A stretch of DNA of 64,000 bases from the human T2T-CHM13v2.0 reference genome, Homo sapiens. The notes under the pieces were generated by a model. The model made no database searches. It was given only the letters and a program-made list of their open reading frames with translations, and was not told the origin of the DNA. The stretch lies in NCBI RefSeq assembly GCF_009914755.1, contig NC_060948.1, one strand, 5' to 3'. Numbering within the stretch: the stretch's first letter is position 1; every line of letters starts with the position of its first letter. Made by a program: the position numbers and the translations under genes. Positions 58,505 through 64,000 of this stretch are shown piece after piece.

Positions 58505-61500
58505 TTTTGCTTTTTATTTCTTTTTGTTTTATTTTTATTGTGTGCATACACAGTTATAGTAGCTGCAAATATTTAAAGGGTACATGAGATACTTTGATAC
58601 AGTCATGCAATAAGCAATAATCACATCATGGATAATGGGGTATCCAGCCCCTCAAGCATTTATTCTTTGTATTACAACAATCCAATTATACCCTTTACTT
58701 ATTTTTAAATATACAACTGGATTATTATTGACTATAGTCATCCTGTTTTGTTATCAAATACTAGGTCTTATTTTCTGTTTCTAATTCTATTTTTTGTTCC
58801 CATTAACCATTTCCACTTCTCCCCAAGACTCCCAATACCATTCCCAGCTTCTAATAAACATCATTATACTCTCTATCTCCATGAGTTCAATTGTTTTGAT
58901 TTTTAGCTCCCACAAATAAGTGAGTACATGCAAAGTTTTGTCTTCATGTGCTTCACTTATTTCACTTTACACAATGACCTCCAGTTCCATCCATGTTGTT
59001 GCAAATGACAGAATCACATTATTTTTTACAGCTACATAGTACTCCATTGTGTGTAGGTACTGTATATTCTTTATCAAATTATTTGATGATGAATATTTAG
59101 GTTTCTTCCAAATTCTGGGTATTGAGAACAGTGCTGCAACAGACATGAGAGTACAGATATCTCTTCTAGATATTGATTTTTCTTTCTTCTAGGTATATAC
59201 CCATCAATGGGATTGCTGGACATTATAGTAGTTCTATTTTTAGTTCTTTGAAAAACCTCCAAATCATTCTCCATAGTGGTTTTACTAATTTATTCCCACA
59301 AACAATGTACAAGCATTCCCTTTCCTCCAGATCCTCTTCAGCATATATTGCTGACTGTCTTTTGGATAAAGGTCATTTTAATTGGAATGCGATATTTCAT
59401 TGTAGTTTTGAATTGCACGTCTTTGATTATCAATAATGTTGAACACCTTTTCATATGCTTGTTTCACATTTGTATACCTTCTTTTGAGAAATGTCTATTC
59501 AAATTGTTTGCCCATTTTAAAAGTCAGATTATTAGATTTTTTTCCTAGAGTTGCTTATGTTCCTTTTATATTCTGGTTTTTAATCTCTTGTCAGATGAGT
59601 AGTTTGCAAATACTTTTTCCCATTCTGTGGGTTTTCTCTTCATTTTGTTGATTGCTTCCTTTGCTGTGCAGTAGCTTTTTAACTTGACGTGATCCCATTT
59701 ATCAATTTTTGCATTGGTTGCATGTGCTTGTGGGGTATTGTTCAAGAAATTTTTGCCCAGTCCAATGTCCTAGAGAGTTTCTCCAAAGTTTTCTTGTACT
59801 AGTTTTATAGTTTGAGGTCTTAGATTTAAGTATTTAATGCATTTTGATTTTATTTTTGTATAAGCTGCAAGATAGGGGTCAAGTTTTATTCTTCTGCATA
59901 TGGATATCACGTTTTCCAGCACGATTTATAGAAGAGACTGTCATTTCTCCAATGTATGTCCTTGGCATATTTGTGGAAAATTAGTTCACTCTAGGTCTAT
60001 GGATTTCTTTCTCGGTTCTCTATTATGTTGTATTGACCTATGTTTCTTTTTTTATGCAAATACCATGCTATTTTCGTTGCTATAGCTCTATAGTACAATT
60101 TAAAGTCAGGTTATGCGATTCCTCCAGTTTTGTTCTTTATGCTCAGGATACTTTTGGCTAATATAAATCTTGTGGATCCATATAAATTGTAGGATTCATT
60201 GTTTATGTTTCTGTGAAGAATATCATTGGTAATTTGATAGGGATTGCATTGAATCTGTAGATTGCCTTGTGCAGTATGGACATTTTAACAATATTGATTC
60301 TTCCAATTCATGAACATGGAATATCTTTGCATGTTTTTGTATCCTCTCCAATTTATTTCCTCAGCATTTTACAATTTTTATTGTAAAGATCTTTTCCTTC
60401 TTTGGTTATTTTCTAGGTATGTAACTTTATCTGTAGCTATTATAAGTGAGATTACTTTCTTGATTTCTGTTTTAGATTGTTTACTGTTCACATAAGAAAT
60501 GCTATTAAGTTTACATGTAAATTTTGTATCCTGCAACTTCACTGAATTTGTTTATAAGTTCTAATAGCTTTTTGTTGGAGCCTTTAGGTTTTTCCAAATA
60601 TAACTCCATATCATCTGCAAATAAATATACTACTTTTACTTCTTCCTTTCTAATTTGGATGTTCTTTATTTCTTTATCTTTTCTGATTGCTCTAGCTAAG
60701 ACTTCTGATAGTGTGTTGAATAACAGTTGTGAAAGTGGGCATCTTTGGCATGCTCCAGGTCTTAAAGGAAAGGCTTTCACTTTTTTCCCATTCAGTATTA
60801 TACTAGCTGTGGGTCTGTTATATATGGCTTTTATTATGTTGATGTATGTTTCCTCTATACCTAGTTTTCTGATGGCGTTTATCATGAAGGAATTTTGAAC
60901 TTATCAAATGCATTTTCAATATTAATTAAAATGATCATATGGTTTTTGTCTTTCTGTTGATAATGACACATTATATTGATCAATTTGTATATGTTGAACG
61001 ACCCTTGCATCTCTGGCATAAATCTCACTTGGTCATTTGAATGATTTTTAATGTATTATCGGATTGGTTTATTAGTAATTTGTCGAGGATTTTTACATCA
61101 ATAATCATCAGAGATATTGGCCTGTACCTTTCTGTTTTTTGATATGTCTTTGACTGATTTTGGTATCTGTGTGGTACTGTCTTCATAGAATAAGTTTGGA
61201 AGTACTCCCTTCTCCTCTATATTTTTAGAATAATTTGAGTAGGATTGATATTCTTTAAATGTTTGTTAAATTCAGCAGTGAAGCCATCAGGTCTGGGGCT
61301 TTTATTTACTGGAAGCCATTTTATTATGGCATCAATCTTGTTACTTGTTGGTCTGTTCAGGATTTGGATTTCTTCATGGTTCAAACTTAGTAGATCATAT
61401 GTGTCCAGGAATTTACCCATTTCCTCTAGATTTTCCAATTTGTTGGCATACAGTTGCTCATAGTAGCCATAATGATCCTTTGATTTCAGTTGTAATGCCT

Positions 61501-64000
61501 ATTTTTTACATCTCTAATTTTATTTACTTGTGCCTTTTCTTGTTTTTCTTAGTTGGGCTAAAGATTTGTCAATTGTATTTATCTATTCAAAGACCAACTT
61601 TTCATTTTATCTTTTGTATTGTTTTCTTCATGTTGAATTTATTTATTTTTGCTCCTATTTTTATTGTTATTTCTCTTTTCCTAAATTTGGTTTTGGCTTG
61701 CTTTTTCTTTTCTAGGTTTTTAACATGAATTGTTAAATTATTTATTTGAAGTTTTTCTTCTTTTTTTGATGTAGGTATTTATCACTATAAATTTCCCTTA
61801 TTGCTTTCATTTTATCTCATAGCTTTTGGAATGTGTTTTCATTATCATTTGTTTCAACAAATTTTTCAATTTTCTTCTTAATTTCTTTATTGGCCCATTG
61901 ACCATTCGGGAACGTCTTGTGTAATTTCCATGTGTTTGTATAGTTTTCAATATTTCTTATTGATTTGTAGGTTTATTTCATTGTGGTCAGATAAAATACT
62001 TGATATTATTTTAATTTTTTGAATCTTTTAAAACTTGCATTGTGACCTACCATGTTATCGAGAATAACCCATGTCCTGAGAAGAATGTGTATTCTGCAAC
62101 TGTTGGATGAAATGTTCTATACATATCCACTGGATTCATTTTATCTATAGTGCAGATTAAGTCCCATGGTTTTTGTTTGTTTGTTTTTTCTTTTTCTGTC
62201 TGGAAGGTCTGTCCAATGCTTAAAGTCAGGTCTTGAAGTCTCCAGCTATTATTGTATTGAGGTCTATCTCTTTAGCTCTTATAATATTTGCTGTATATAT
62301 CTCTGTGTTCCAGTGTTGGGTGCATATTTATTTACAACTGTTATGTCATCCTACTGAATTGACTCCTTTAATGCTATGTGGTGACCTTCTTTGTCATTCA
62401 TGCAGTTTTTGTCTTGAAATCTATTTTGTCTGATATACATTTAGCTACAGCTGCTCTTTTTTTGTTTCCATTGACATGAAATATCTTTTTCCATCCCTTT
62501 ACTTTTCACCTATGTATATCTTTATAAGCATTGTATGTTTTTTTTGAAGGCAACAGATTGTTTTGTCTTCCTTTTTTTATCCATTCAGCCATCTCTGTAT
62601 TTTGATTGAAATGTTTAGTCCGTTTTCTTTTAATGTTTTTATTGATAAGTAAGAATTTACTCCTTCCATTTTGTTATTTGTTTTCTGGTATGTTTTATGG
62701 TCTTCTCACTATTCCTGTCTTCCTTTTAGTGAAGGTGATTTCCACTGCTGGTATTATTTAATTCCTTGCTGTTTATATTTTGTTTATCTATTGTATGTTT
62801 TTCAATTTGAGGTTACCATGAGGCTTGCATATACTGTATTATTTTTACTGGTGACAATTTAACACTGATTGCATAAACAAACAAGTAAGAAGACAACTAA
62901 TAAAAAGTCCACACTTTAAGTTTATCCCCACCTCCAGTTTTTAACTTCTTATTTTTTCTCTTTATGTCTTATTGCAATGTTTCTTGAAAAATCAGTTATT
63001 ATTTTAATTGTTTCATTATTTAGTCTTTCTACGTAAGAGTGTTTTACACAGCAAAATTACAGTGTTATAGTATTATGTGTTTTACCCTGTGCTATTACCA
63101 GTGAGTTTTGTACCTTCAGATGATTTTTTATTGATCATGAACATGCTTTTTTTCAGATTGCAGAACTTCCTTTAGCATTTTTTATAGGACTGGTCTAGTG
63201 TTGATGAAATCCCTCAGCTTTCCTTTGTCTGGAAAAGTTTTTCTTTCTCTTTCATGGTTGAATAAGGCTTTTGCTGGACATACTATTCTAGGATAAAAGT
63301 TTTTTTTCTTCATCACTTAAATAAGTCATACCACTCTCACCTCTCCTGTAAAGTTTCCACTGAAATGTCTGCTGCCAGATGTATTGGAACTCCATTGTAT
63401 GTTATTAGGTTTTATTTTTTTTCTCTTGCTGCTTTTAGGACTTTTTTTAAACCTTTGACATTTGGAAGTTTGATTATTAAATGCTTTGAGGTATTTCTTT
63501 TTGGGTTGTGTTCTATTACTTTCTTGTACTTAAATATGGATGTCTTTCTCTAGGTTTGGGAATTTATCTGATATTATCCTTTTGAATAAGCTTTTTACTG
63601 CTCTTTTTTTACCTTCTCTGTAAGACCAGTAACTCTTAAATTTGCTCTTTTGAGGTTATTTTTTAGATCTTAGATCTTTAGGCATGCTTCTTTTAATTTT
63701 TTTTTATTTTGTCTCTTCTGACTATGTATTTTCAAACAGTCTGTCTTGAAGCTCACTATTTTTTTCTTCTGCTTGATCAATTCTGTTAATAAGAGACTGA
63801 TACATTATTCAGTATGTCAATTGCATTTTTCAACTCTAGAATTTCTGCTTGATTCTATTTATACATTTTAATCTCTTTGTTAAATTTATCTGATAGATTT
63901 CTGAATTCCTTCTCTGGGTTATTTTGAATTTACTTGAGTTTTCTCAATTTGCTATTTTGAATTCTCCATCTGAAAAGTCACGTATCTCTGTTTCTCCAGT
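58505..64000 (-). mobile_element. L1MA2/3-like LINE-1, running off the window
   Basis: 3' end 'gggtacatgagatactttgatacagtcatgcaat...aatcacatcatggataatggggtatcc'; minus ORF2 fragments ([11 protein letters not shown]...[18 protein letters not shown]). Confidence 0.85.

Overview
AT-rich, CpG-depleted, gene-poor primate (human-like) genomic DNA, mostly interspersed repeats. It holds three end-to-end LINE-1s with target-site duplications (TSDs): L1PA4-like (+), L1PB4-like (-) and L1PA10-like (+). It also holds a near full-length L1PB1/2-like element, a twin-primed L1PA7/8 and several partial L1s. Nested in and between these are six Alus, two two-LTR MaLR elements (MST, THE1B), solo LTRs (MLT2, THE1, MSTB, MER11D-like, MER50-like, MER11, LTR33-like), an LTR16-like LTR with an ERVL internal relic, MER5/MER20 DNA transposons and a MIR. 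No intact cellular gene, RNA gene or CRISPR array is supported, and nearly all ORF-track entries derive from repeats. The best candidate for something undescribed is a non-repetitive 1.9-kb island (56.57-58.46 kb) with four minus-strand exon-like segments. Their splice phases can be joined into a stop-disrupted frame of about 240 codons that I could not assign to a family (possible unitary pseudogene). Several templated-insertion repair scars are also visible. Subfamily names come from recalled consensus sequences and need RepeatMasker/Dfam confirmation.
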